A stretch of 64,000 bases of DNA. Origin: Pristiophorus japonicus (Eukaryota). Numbering within the stretch: the first letter of the stretch is position 1; every line of letters starts with the position of its first letter. The notes under the pieces were generated by a model. That model had not been told where the DNA came from, did not search any database, and was given only the letters and a program-made list of their open reading frames with translations. The stretch is from NCBI RefSeq assembly GCF_044704955.1, contig NC_091987.1:188790001-188854000 (forward strand), written 5' to 3'. The translations under genes were made by a program, and so were the position numbers. This document shows, one piece after another, positions 49,876 to 61,801 of this stretch.

Positions 49876-51655
49876 AGAAGGGGAAGGGGGGTGGAGGGGA
49901 AGGGAAAGTGGGGGGAGGAGAAGGGGGGAAAGGAGAAGGGGAAGGGGGGAGAAGAGAAGGGGAAGGAGAGGGGGGAGGGAAAGGAGAAGGGGGGGAAAGG
50001 AGAAGTGGGGGGGAAAGGAGAATGGGGTGGGGAAGGAAAAGGGGGAGGGAGGCTGAACGGGCCGGGACCAGCCGGGCCCAGGACTTCGGGCAGGGCCCAT
50101 CCCCAGCACCAGATTTACAGGTAGGTGGCGTTGGGTCGGGTCGGGTCCTGGGTCCGGGGTCGGGAGCGCGGGTCGGGTCGGGGGGAGCGCGGATCGGGGT
50201 CGGGGGGGGCGGAGGGAGGTTGGGTTGGGGTCCAGTCCGGGGGGGGGGGGTGCGGTCGGGAGCACGGGTCGGGTCAGGGTGGGGGGGGGAAGAGGGAGGT
50301 CGGATTGGTTTGGGTAGGGAGGGAGCGCGGGTCGGGTCGGGTCGGGGGGGGCGGGGGGGCAGAGGGAGGTCGGGTTGGGTCAGGTCAGTTCGTGTCGGGG
50401 GCGGGGGGAGGGAGGTCATGTTGGGTCGGGTCCGGTCCGGGTGGCGGGGGGGGGTCTGGAGCGCGGGTCGGGTCGGTGGGGTGGTGGGAGGGAGGTCGGT
50501 TCGGGTCGGTTGGGGGGGGAGGAGGGAGGGAGAGGGAGGTCAGGTCGGGTCGGGGGGTGGAGTGCGGGTCGGGTCCAGTCCGGGGGGTCGGATCCGGTCC
50601 GGTCCTGGGGTGGGGGGGGGCAGGGGTCGGGTCGGGGCCGGGTCCGGTCCGGGGGTGGGGGGGGGGCGGGGGAAGTGGGAGTCGAGTCGGGTCGGGAGGA
50701 AGCAGGAGCTGGGTGTGGGAGGAGCCTTATGCACGCAGCCCCAGTGAGGCCATTCGGCCAGGGCTAGGGGCTGTGTGCTTCGGGCCCCTCCCACACAGTT
50801 TTGGGCGCCTGGAGCTACTGCACATGCGCGCTCACTGTAACGCGCATGTGCAGAGGTCCCGGCACTGTTTTCAGCGCAGGGACCTGGCTCCACCCCCCCA
50901 CAGCTCGTGCTGCACCGAGCCCGACTCCAGAGGACCAGCAGGGAGCCAGAGAATCTGTAAGTTTTTTTTAGGCGCACTTTGTGGCACGAAAAACGGGCGT
51001 CCAGGTCGGGGCTGCGCCGTTCTAGGCGTGGCCCGAAACTTGGGCCCATTGACACTGACAGACAGAGAGAGAGACACTGACACTGACAGACAGACAGAGA
51101 GAGAGACACACACACTGGGAGGGAGCGGGGCGCCCATCCCAGCACGCTGTTGGAGGTTTCCCGGTGCTGCAGTCAGTGAGTAGAAAATGTTTTATTTATT
51201 GATTTTGAAATTTTTTTAATTAATTTTTTTTGATTGATTTATTGGTTGATTTATTGATGTATTTATCATTTATTATTGATGATGGCTCTTTATTTGTAAA
51301 ACTGAAGTGCTGAATGTTTGTAAACTTCCCTTTAAATCCCCCCCCCCCCCATTCCCTCCACCTGATTTGTAACCTACGCCTGATTTTCTAAGTGTAGGCA
51401 AGGTTTTTCTGAGCGTACAAAAACCTACACTTACTAAGTTAGTTTGGAATAAGTTTTCACTGCCTAAACTTTAAAAACAGGTGTAAGTGGCCGGACACAA
51501 CCCCTTTTGAAAAAAAAAATTGTTCCAAAGTGAAACTGTTCTATCTGACTAGAACTGGAGCAAACTAAATGCCGAGAATTGCAATTTATAAGATACTCCA
51601 TTCTAAACCAGTTGCTCCAAAAAAACAGGAGCAACTCAGGCTGAAACTTGGCCCC
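49876..51655. mobile_element. Rearranged copy of the G-rich MITE family seen at 58103-59993
   Basis: 49876-51047 matches the right part in + orientation, and 51051-51655 matches the left part in - orientation. Confidence 0.85.
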
Positions 51656-51659
51656 ATTA

Positions 51660-52450
51660 AGTAGCAAGTAACAGTCGCGCCACACAAGTGCCAGGCAATG
51701 CCCATCTTCAACAAGCGAGAGTCTATCCACCTCCCCTTGATATTCAATGGCATTACTATCGCCGAATCCCCCACCATCAACATCCTGGGGGTGACCATTG
51801 ACCAGAAATTTAACTGGACCAGCCACACAAATACTGTGGCAACAAGAGCAGGCCAGAGGCTGGGTGTTCGGCAGCAAGTGTTTCATCTCCTGAGTCCCCA
51901 AAGCCTTTCCATCATCTACAAGGCACAAGTCAGGAGTGTGATGGAATACTCTCCACTTACCTGGATGAGTGCAGGTCCAACATCATTTAAGAAGCTTAAC
52001 ACTAGGACAAAGCTGCCCACTTGATTGGCACCCCATCCACCACCTTAAACATTCACTCCCTCCACCACTGGCATACCGTGGCTGCAGTGTGTAACATCTA
52101 CAAGATGCACTGTAGCAACTCGCCAAGGCTTCTTCGGCAGCAAGACCCAAACCCACAACCTCTACCACCTAGAAGGACAAGGGCAGCAAGCGCATCGGAG
52201 CACCATCACCTGCAAGTTCCTCTCTAAGTTATACACCAAGCAAACTTGGAAATATATCGCCGTTCCTTCATCGTCGCTGGGTCAAAATCCTGGAACACCT
52301 TCCCTAACAGCACTGTGGGGGTATTTTCCCCACAAGGACTGCAGCGGTTCAAGAAAGCGGCTCACCACCACCTTCTCAAGGGCAATTAGGGATAGGCAAT
52401 AAATGTTGGCCTTGTTAGTGATGCCCTAATCCCAGAATGAATAAAAAATA
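51660..52450 (+). mobile_element. 3' fragment of the same LINE family as 3933-7097
   Basis: ESPTINILGVTID..IYKAQVRSVMEYS; 3' end TTCTCAAGGGCAATTAGGGAT..GAATAAAAAA. Confidence 0.9.
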
Positions 52451-52600
52451 CTTCCTAATATAAAACAAAAGGTTAAATATTATATATATTTATACTTAAT
52501 TTACAGTTATCATATTCCAGCAAATATAGGTAAATTCCAGTAAATTCTAATTTTTTTCTCTGTAAATACCATGATGCAAAATCTTTTATTCCACTGTTAG

Positions 52601-52921
52601 ATGGGCCACAAGATCCCACAATAATGTACAGGTTGAACAAGAATGGCAGTTATCATCCTGGGACGAGTAGCCCCATCACCGTCCCTACTGACTCATTCCT
52701 GGAACTGAGTTGCTCCGTGGACAGTAACCCAGCCTCCTCTGTGATCTGGGTAAAGGATGGGGAGAACCACACTGAGATGTTCCAACTCGCAGCTGGATTA
52801 AATAGTTCAAAACTGAAGATAAGTCATTTCCAGCCTGAAGTTAGAGGAGTCTACTGGTGTTTGGCAAACAACAGCTATGGCCGGGGAAACGCAAGTGTTT
52901 GGATAAAAGCTGTACAGGAAG
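52601..52921 (+). CDS. Ig receptor exon 4: C2/I-type Ig domain
   Basis: Acceptor CCACTGTTAG|, then YGP..LELSCSVDSNPASSVIWVKD..LKI..GVYWCLANNSYG, donor G|GTAAAT. 321 nt, phase 1-1. Confidence 0.92.
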
Positions 52922-53303
52922 GTAAATAGAAATTAAAAGAGTAATGATGAACTTGATGCATAAATTATTAAGGTGACGTTCTGTGACATGGATACAAAAA
53001 GCTCCGTCTCCAGTAATTGAATTTGCAAAACAATGAATGATTTATAGGTGTGATTGATGTGCGACATATTCTGCATCAGATGGAATATATTTCTATTTTA
53101 TATCTTGTTCATATATAATCATAGCACAGATATTGTGCTGTGAGTTTATAATAGAGTTCTATCAGTTGCTTTGAAGGAATATATTTTGTCTTTGCTTGAA
53201 TACGAATACACAATATGGTTTGGAGAACTGTTGGATTATGAGAATATCTGACAGATTAAGAAGAGGTGACTTGCCTCTATTTACGAGAAGAATGGAGATC
53301 ATT

Positions 53304-53886
53304 GACCCAGATTTTGCTGGAGCAGGGAATCTTGCAGCGCGCCCTGTTAGCTGGACTTGTGCACGTTTAGGTTTGAACATTTTTGTCCAACAAAGTTGCG
53401 GGAAGTACGAGCTGATAACAGTGCAGTGAGAGCAACAGGCAATCTGGGACCTTGGTGAACAATGGGACAAAGAGGGTATGTCTTTAACTAATGAGAATAA
53501 ACTATTTAAAATTTTACATTTTAAAAATATCCAACAACAATTCACTACCTGAAGGAATGAGTCGCCACACTTTTAATTGTTCACTTACTGGGCAAGAGAA
53601 ATTGTTTAGCAGTCATTAACAATTATCACCTCATTAAAAGGGCGTTTGATGTTAATTACTAGACTTAACTTGCTGTGGCCAGTTTACTGAGCAATTAATG
53701 TGCAAATGCAACAACGTCATGAAAATGCCATTTGTTGAAGCTATTAATGTGCAAATGGACCACTTACTTGAGCTGATTCTCAATTCATGGGACATCACTT
53801 CCTCGCCTTAAGTTGCTGGCCAATTTGCACATTAATAATGAAGTGCGTCATTCACACGCTTTTATTTTTTCAGCAAATTTTGGGCC
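53304..53886. mobile_element. Old MITE
   Basis: Imperfect TIRs GACCCAGATTTTGCTG / CAGCAAATTTTGGGCC. Confidence 0.5.
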
Positions 53887-54145
53887 AACATCTGTGATTG
53901 TTACATTTGCCAAACCAAAATTCCAAAAGGCCTTGGGGAGGTGGGGGGGGGGGATTTAAACCAAGATGGGTGGGAGAGGGTCCAGTAAGAGATTGAAATG
54001 ATGTGTTTTTGTCCATCAGTTTGAACATTTTTCATGTGGCATATGTTGAAGTACATGGAATCTTTAGGCTCGGTATTGTGTTTTAAACAATCCAAACGTT
54101 CTTCATTTAAAAATGCCACACTGATCTTTAACAAATATCTTCTAG

Positions 54146-54234
54146 ATGCCACTGGAATTTGGTCTTTTATTATCAGATCCATTGCTGTTGCTGCATACAT
54201 TTTGATTCTAATCACACTGAACTGCCTGGTTTAA
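54146..54234 (+). CDS. Ig receptor exon 5: transmembrane segment with Arg, DATGIWSFIIRSIAVAAYILILITLNCLV*
   Basis: Acceptor TATCTTCTAG| is phase 1 and in frame with exon 4. There is a ~24-aa hydrophobic run and TAA at 54232-54234. Confidence 0.8.
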
Positions 54235-54629
54235 TTGCTGAATAAAGGTGTAAAGCTGAAGTCTCCAAGAAGCATTAAGGTATTGATGTTTTCCTTTCAA
54301 TCAGTAATGATAAAATAATGCAGCTTTCACACTTAATGTCATCATTGTGGTCTCTTAGAAATAAGTCCTTCTAAATTAATTGCTCTATAGGGGATCAGTT
54401 GTTGCTCATTTTAAAATAACTTTCTGTCAAATTGCTTTATTGAAGACATTTGAGTGTATTTATGTACATGTGTGGATTTTTAAAAGATTATTTAGTTGAT
54501 AACAAGGTCAAGTTCGAAGAGGTAGAATTGCTCAGGGGAAAGGTGGCCATTTTGTTCCTCTCTGTTGGTTTGTGAAACTGCCTCAGAATAAAAATGGAAC
54601 AAGGAAGAAAACGTATACCATAGGCATAT

Positions 54630-54975
54630 AAAAAAATAAGAATATAAGAATTAGGAGCAGGAGTAGGCCATACAGCTCCTCAAGCTTGCTCCGCCATTCA
54701 ATAAGATCATGGCTTATCTTCAATCTCAACTCAACTTTCCTGCCTGATCTCCATATCCCTTGATTCCCCTCGAGTCCAAAAAATCTATCGCTCTCAGTCG
54801 ATGATTCAGCATCCACAGCACTTTGAGGTAGAGAATTCCAAAGATTCACAACCCTCTGAGTGAAGAAATTCCTCCTCATCTCAGTCTTAAATAGCCGACC
54901 CTTTATCCTGAGGCTGTGCCCCTTAGTTCTAACCTCTCAGTGTCTATTCTGTCAATCCCCCTCAGAATCTTTGTT
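54630..54975 (-). mobile_element. CR1 3' fragment
   Basis: MRRNFFTQRVVNLWNSLP followed by the 3' UTR and tail. Confidence 0.88.
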
Positions 54976-55904
54976 TCAAGACAATATTGTGCCCAAATCT
55001 AATACTAAATGAGGTGCAAATTCATCAATCATATCAGGAAAATGTGGGCGCAGGTCCACTCAAAAGATAGTAAAATGACATATCATTTTTATTATCAGAG
55101 AATGAGAGAAACTTGAGTCTGAAAATCTCAGCTGAATGACAGGTGCTAAAGTTCAAAAAATGATCAACAACATCTTTCACGTCCCTTTGAACATCCCTTG
55201 CAGTCTTTAAATACTTAATTAAGAATGCTTTGGCACAAAAAAATAGTACAAGAAATCTCATGTTGTTTATAGATCACCCATGCTTTGACCAGCCATTGAT
55301 CCTGTTCCAAATTGTGGGGATGGGGTAATTTTTATTCATTGGGCTGGTGGTCTGCACCTATAGAGATGCAACAGAAGCATCTATCCTGATGAAGTGGCAC
55401 CTCATTGCTCCAAATGGGACTCCTCGGAGAAAGGTCAAACAAAAAATTGATGCAATATTTTTCGGCTTGCCCTTTAGGGAGCAGTGGGACAAGGGATCAA
55501 TCAACTGTACTTTCAGCTTTCTTGGGGCCTTTTGTAAGGATCTCTGTAGGACCTAAACCTACTCTCTAGCACATGTGGATCCCACTGGGCTTATCAGATG
55601 GTGAGCTGGGCAGAATTGCTGAGGTAGCCTGGGAACTCCCCCTGACACGCTCTCAAAGCAGTAACACGGGACGGACCGAAGAGGCATCTGCTCAATTTGT
55701 GGCACTTCAACTTTGGAGAGGAAACTGTGGATTCAGATTCTGCCCAAATTGCAGCCTAACAGCTAGGATCAGAGCACAAGTCCAGCCTCACTGGACCTGA
55801 GAATTTTCAACCTATTGTATTTCTTTTCTGTTCTGGTTTTCTGTTATTAAAATCATTTTTACTTAATTTCTCCAAACTAAACAGTCTTCCATTTTATATT
55901 TCAG

Positions 55905-55943
55905 GAGCTAACTACTTTCACGGTGACAAGAGAGCTTACATGA
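55905..55943 (+). other. Candidate terminal exon of the Ig receptor (phase 0: ELTTFTVTRELT*)
   Basis: Strong acceptor CCATTTTATATTTCAG| compatible with donor AAG|GTATTG at 54279/54280. AATAAA at 56231. It lies downstream of the TAA, so it is non-coding in this allele. Confidence 0.35.
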
Positions 55944-57099
55944 ACAGCTACATTATCCTATCTTACAGAGTGTCGTCATCAAACATTTGAAACTTAGTCT
56001 GCATTGTCCAAAAGAACTGTGCTGGGGGAAAAAGTATGAACAAAAATACTTGAAAATGTTATTTTATTTTTACTTTCGTACTTTCACACCCTGCTGCGGA
56101 AGATATCATTGAACGCTCTTGAGAGTCACCAGGCTCCAATTTTACTGAGTGATCTTTGATCAGTACAATGCGACTGACAACATGGTAAATTCCTCTGCCC
56201 TTCCATCTTGCGCAACCTATTAGCTGTGCCAATAAAATCTAAAGCTTTCATATAAAATACATCATATCATTAAAAGTACTTTTGCTTTTGTTATTTTAAA
56301 GATAATTCAAATGTTTTACTTTGTGACCAGAACGAACAATTTGATTCTGTTCGCTCTCCACAAGCATTTGAGCTTTGTAATAGAAGTTGAAATATAATAA
56401 AATGTTCAATGCCTGCACATAAGGGAAAAACATTTTTTAATCAATGTCGACTTGCCAAACAGAAAAATAAAATCTTCACACATCTGTATGATTACCATTT
56501 TCTCCTGCTGGTGAATGCTTCAGCTCCTGCTGAGATACAATTCCATGGGTGCTAGCAACCCTTCAGTATCACAACCACTTGGTCATTTTTCATGTGAGAA
56601 GGTCAAGAGGTTATTCAATGATAGAGATCGTCATAAATTAGTCTGATTATCAGGAAAAGGAACCCTGACTGATCTTTTCTCTCCCTAGGACAGGGATAAT
56701 GCTGGTAACATTTACTCTTTAAGACAATGGGGGAGTTTATATATTGTGCTGCACAATGCTGATTAGATTAGGATTAGCGTTAGGTTGTATTTTATGTGCT
56801 TACATTTATTTTCTTCAAAACAAGTGAAGGAAAGTTCGGTATAGTTACAGCTTAAATTTAAAAACCTGTGTACTGACTTGTTTTCACATGTTACAGACCT
56901 ATAATTAGGGCTGTACTTGAGCTGTCAGCTTTTTGGGAGCTGTGTCAGCTTTTATGAAGATAAATATAATAAATTCAGAAATCCCAATAGCAGAATTGGA
57001 ACTAAAAAGCACTACTTCATTAAGACAATGGGAGTTTATACATTGTGTAGCACAACCCTGATAGAAACTGGAGATGAACTGCTAATAAAACTAGACTGG

Positions 57100-57406
57100 G
57101 CAGTGGTCATCCCACATGCGATATGTGTGCGCACTAGGTCCATGCAGCAGAGCAGGTCTCCAGTCGTCTTGGGTAATCCTTGCCACTGGACCAAGACCTA
57201 GCTCTGTCAAGCCCATGTAGTGGCTGGTGTGCAACGGCCACCACACGTTAAAAAAAAATCCATGCACAGGCATCTTCCACCCTTAAGGATGTAGTTCAGG
57301 ACCTGGAATATTAGATCCTTCATTGAAACACCTGTGAACTCATCCCTTTTTTGGCGTGGAAGCAAGTCATCCTCGTTCGAGGGACTGCCTATGATGATGA
57401 TGATGT
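57100..57406 (+). mobile_element. 3' end of a non-LTR retroelement with a (GAT)n tail
   Basis: Ends GAGGGACTGCCTATGATGATGATGATG; clade not determined. Confidence 0.55.
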
Positions 57407-58102
57407 TGTACTGACGTATAATAGCAAAAGTGAGAGAAGAGTTGTGGTAAAGCTCATAGATCAACTGAATTAATGTACCTCAGGAAGTATGCAGGGTAAA
57501 TAGCCAAATTCCATTTTAGTTATATAGTGTGTAATCTGATTCTGGGTAAACCATACATGCTGACCATCTATTATGAGAATCCAGTCAAGAATCAGCATGG
57601 ACTGGACCTATCTCCCCTCAGTGCCTGTTGCTAATTGAAGTGCTTCTGTCTTCTGCATGCTGTGGAACGAAATTCTCATGAAAACAGGGATTTGTGTTGA
57701 CAGTATACAGTGGCTGGCATCACTTCAAGTAGCAGGACTGAGGTAGATATGGCCTTGAAGGGAAAGGGAAGGGGGAACATGGAGAGGACAGGCAAAGAGA
57801 GGAAGGGAAGAAAGGTGAAAGATAAGATGCCAGCAGTGCTGCATGGAGGGAAGGGAGAAAAAGCTAAAAGCTGTCGGGGAGGATGCAGTTTGAGCTACCG
57901 ATGTAATGCAACTACTGATGTATTAACAATAAAAGATCATGTGGCAAAGTTACATGATAGTTTCTGTTAAGGAGCCATCTTGTAAAGTGTACTTGTGTTA
58001 GTGATGTAAAGATATCACAGATGGTGATGAGGATAGGATATTTGGATTCCCTAGCTGAAATTTTTGTTGGTGGATATACCTGCCAATTGACGGAGAGACT
58101 TT

Positions 58103-59993
58103 GGGGCCAAGTTTCGGCCTGAGTTGCTCCTGTTTTTTTGGAGCAACTGGTTTAGAATGGAGTATCTTAGAAATTTGAATTCTCGGCATTTAGTTTGCTC
58201 CAGTTCTGGTCAGTTAAAACAGACTTTGGAACAGAATTTTTTTTTCAAAAGGGGGCGTGTCCAGCCACTTATGTCTGTTTTCAAAGTTTAGGCAGTGAAA
58301 ACTTACTCCAAGCTAACTTAGAATGGAGTAAGTGAAGATTTTTGTACGTTCGAAAAAACCTTGTCTACACTTTAGAAAATCAGGCGTAGGTTACAAATTA
58401 GGTGTAGGGAAAGGTGGGGGGGGGGTGGGGGGGCAGGGTTTAAAGGGAAGTTTACAAACATTAAACACTTCAGTTTTACAAATAAAGAGCCATCATCAAT
58501 AATAAATGATAAATACATCAATAAATCAACCAATAAATCAATCAAAAAAAATTAATAAAAAAAAAAAATCAATAAATAAAACATTTTCTACTTACCGACT
58601 GTAGCACCGGGAGCCTCCAACAGCGTGCTGGGATGACCCCCCCAGTGTGTCTCTGTCAGTGTCTCTATCTCTCTGTCTGTCTGTGTGTGTGTCTCTCACT
58701 CTCTGTCTGTCAGTGTCTGTGTTTCTGACAGCAAGGGGAGGGGAAGAAGTGGGGGTGGGGGTGGGAGGGGAGGGGGAGAAGCGGGGTGGGGGGGAGAGGG
58801 GGTGGGGTGGGCGGTGGGGGTAGAGGGGGGTGGAGTGGGGTGGGGGGAGGAGGAGGAGGGGGGAGAAGAGGGGAGAGGGGGAGAAGGGAGGGAGGATGGA
58901 GGGGGAGAAGGGAGAGAGGATGGAGGGAGGGAAGGAGAGGATGGAGGGAGGGAAGGAGAGAGGATGGAGGGAGGGAGGGAGAGAGGAGGGAGGGAAGGAG
59001 AGAGGAGGGAGGGAGAGAGGAGGGAGGGAGGGAAGGGGAGGGAGGGAAGGAGAGAGGGGGGAAGGGAGAGAAGGAGGCTGAACGGCCAGGCCCAAGACTT
59101 CGGGCTGGATTTACAGATAGGTGGCATCGGGTCTCGGGGGGGGGGGGTCGCGGAGGTCCATGGGGGGGGGGGGAGGTGGGGGAGAGTCGCGGAGGTCCGG
59201 GGGGGGGGGAGAGTCGTGGGGGGGAGTCGCAGAGGTCCGGGGGGGAAGGGGGGGAGAGAGAGTCGCAGAGGTCGGGGGGGGGGGAGGGGGCGGAGAGAGA
59301 GTCGCCCAGGTCGGGGGGGGGGAAGAGTTGCGGAGGTCGGGGGGGGGGAGAGAGAGAGTCGCGGAGGTCGGGGGGGGGAGAGAGAGAGTCGCGGAGGTTG
59401 GGGGGGGCGAGGGGAGAGAGAGTCGCGGAGATCGGGGGGGAGAGAGAGTCGCGGAGATCGGGGGGGGAGAGAGAGTCGCGGAGGTCGGGGGGGGGAGAGA
59501 GAGTCACGGAGGTCCGGGGGGGGAAGAGTCGCGGAGATCGGGTGGATGGGGAGAGAGAGTCGCGGAGGTCCCGGGTGGGGGGAGGGGAAGCGGAGATCTG
59601 GGGGGTAGGGGGAGTGGAGGTCGGGTCGCTGGGGGGGTCGGGGGTTGGGTCGGGTCCGGTTGGGTGGGAGGAGCCTTATCCACGCAGTCCCAGTGAGGCC
59701 ATTCGGCCAGGCCTAGGGGCTGCGTGCTTCGGACCCCTCCCACAGTTTTCGGCGCTTGGAGCTACTGCACATGCGCGCCCACTGTAGCGCGCATGTGCAG
59801 AGGTCCCGGCACTGTTTTCAGCGCAGGGACCTGGTTCCGCCCCCTACAGCTCGTGCTGCGCCATGCCCAGCTGCAGAGGACCTGCAGGGAGCCGGAGAAT
59901 AGGTAAGTTTTTTTTAGGCACACTTTCTGCCGCGAAAAATGGGCGTCCAGGTCTGGGCTGCGCCATTTTAGGCGCGGCCCGAAACTTGAGCCC
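58103..59993 (+). mobile_element. 1.9-kb non-autonomous PIF/Harbinger-like element with a G-rich core
   Basis: TIRs GGGGCCAAGTTTCGG / CCGAAACTTGAGCCC, 3-bp TSD TTT, an internal purine tract and GAGAGTCGCGGAGGTCGGGG repeats. Confidence 0.88.
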
Positions 59994-61054
59994 TTTGAGA
60001 GATTCTTCATTTTTTAGAATAGCTGAAAATCCAAGGTAAATTTCAAGCACACTTGGCTGAACTGTCGACGTTGCCAGAGTCCAGATGGCCACGACTATAG
60101 GAATAATAATGCATTTGGGTGAGTGCCATCATGCCCGAGGGACTTTCGGAGCGTATGTGAGTGGCTAGAAATGTTTTTCACCGTGAAAAGTATCGTCGAA
60201 GTCCCTGATAATGAAAATCAGAAGTGGGTGATTATAAAGTAACTGTAAACCAAGTTCGAGAGGGTAATCTACCCAATACATTGCCAAATGTAGAAGATTT
60301 GTTCACAACACTGACAGGTGTCCAGATCTTCTGAAAGTTAGATCTTACAAATGCCTACTTACAACTTGTGCTCGATGAGGAGTCCAAGTCCTGCTTGACT
60401 ATAAATACTCATCTCGGCCAAAATCAGTTTAATAGGCTATCATTTGGAGTGTCTTCTGACCTCGCCATAAACCAGTTTCTGCAAGACATTAATTTTTGGG
60501 GTCAAGAAGTTCCGCAAATTCTTGTTTGATCATACATTTACCATCGTTGCAGACCATAAGCCCCTGATCACAATCCTCCATCCAGAATCCCCAGTTCCAA
60601 CCTTAGCTGCAACCCAAATGCAGAGATGGGCTTTGATTTTGTCAGCATATACGTATGACATTGAGTACAAATGAGCAGCTGATCAGAGTATTGCTGATGC
60701 TATGTCCAGGTTGCCATCCCCATCACAAGTTACACTGAATAGGGAAGAAGTGTTCTATTTTTCAAACATTGTTGAGCTGCCAGTTGGTAGAGCAACGAAA
60801 CATGACCCAGTTATGTCAAAGGTGTATGATTACACAGCAAATGGCTGGCCAAACCAGGTATCAGAGGAAGGTATTCATCCATACTTTGTTCTCAGTGGAT
60901 AAAGATTGTATCATGTGGGGTGCAAGATTGATTATCCTAAATAAATTCAGGTACAAATTGTTAGGAGATCTTCATGACCAGCACCTGGGAATGTGATTGA
61001 CCGAAGAGCTTAGCACGCAGTTACGTATGGTGGCCAGGTTTAGATAAAGATAAA

Positions 61055-61801
61055 GGGGAGGAAATTGGTCGTTCACCCATTTCTCGGCGGTATGCCAATG
61101 GTATGTCGTTTCATACCATCGGGTATCACTGGGCCGGAGTGTGCGCGATTTTCATCAGTTTTCTCTCAGCTGTATGTTGAGTGGAGTGCTGCGAGCGAAG
61201 CGGAGTGCAGCCAGCGGTATGTGGGCGGTGAGTCCTTTTAACTCGGGAATCTTCGGGTCCTGAGTTCTGTGCACACGCATGCCGCTGCCAAGCTCCACCC
61301 CACCAAGAGACACAGACCAGAATCGATAGAGACTGCCGGCCTGAGAGCGCTGTGCAGGTATGTGGGGGCAGGGTGGGGGGGAAGGTTGCTTTTTGGGGGG
61401 AGCTTGCTTCTTGGCGGGGAGATCGCTATTTTGGGGGGGGGGGGGGAAGATCACTGTTGGGGGAGGGTGGAAGAGACTTGAGGGGTGGGAGAGACTGGTG
61501 GGGTGTGACAGATAAAAATAATTTCACAGGTAAAGATGCATACTGCCGACTTAAAATCACCTTTTCCAGGGCAGTCTGCAGGGTCGGCGGTATATTGGTG
61601 GTAAGTCATCAATGTGGCAATTTTGGGCGTTAGGTCGGCGATGTGCAGGGGTGGATGGTATGCATACCGCCTGACAGTATGTCGATGATGAATTTTCTGC
61701 CTGGCGGTATGTTGGTATTTTTCAAACAATTTCGCGATTTTGGGCGGTATGTCGGCGGTCCATGGGCAGTATGCGGCGGTATGTCCACCAATTTCGGACC
61801 C
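61055..61801. mobile_element. ~750-bp MITE inserted in the Gypsy integrase
   Basis: TIRs GGGGAGGAAATTGGT / ACCAATTTCGGACCC and flanks AAA/ATA. The integrase motif WWPGLDKD|IEH resumes across it. Confidence 0.8.

Noticed and set aside
49825-51183. Long Gly/Arg- and Pro-rich ORFs (up to 352 aa)
   Set aside because: Open in most frames only because the G-rich low-complexity MITE core lacks stop codons.
22989-54234. Assigning a symbol such as NCR3, SIRP, SIGLEC or NECTIN
   Set aside because: Only partial motif resemblance to each; orthology cannot be established without a search.
58592-59787. Long Gly/Pro-rich ORFs
   Set aside because: Same low-complexity artefact in the second MITE copy.
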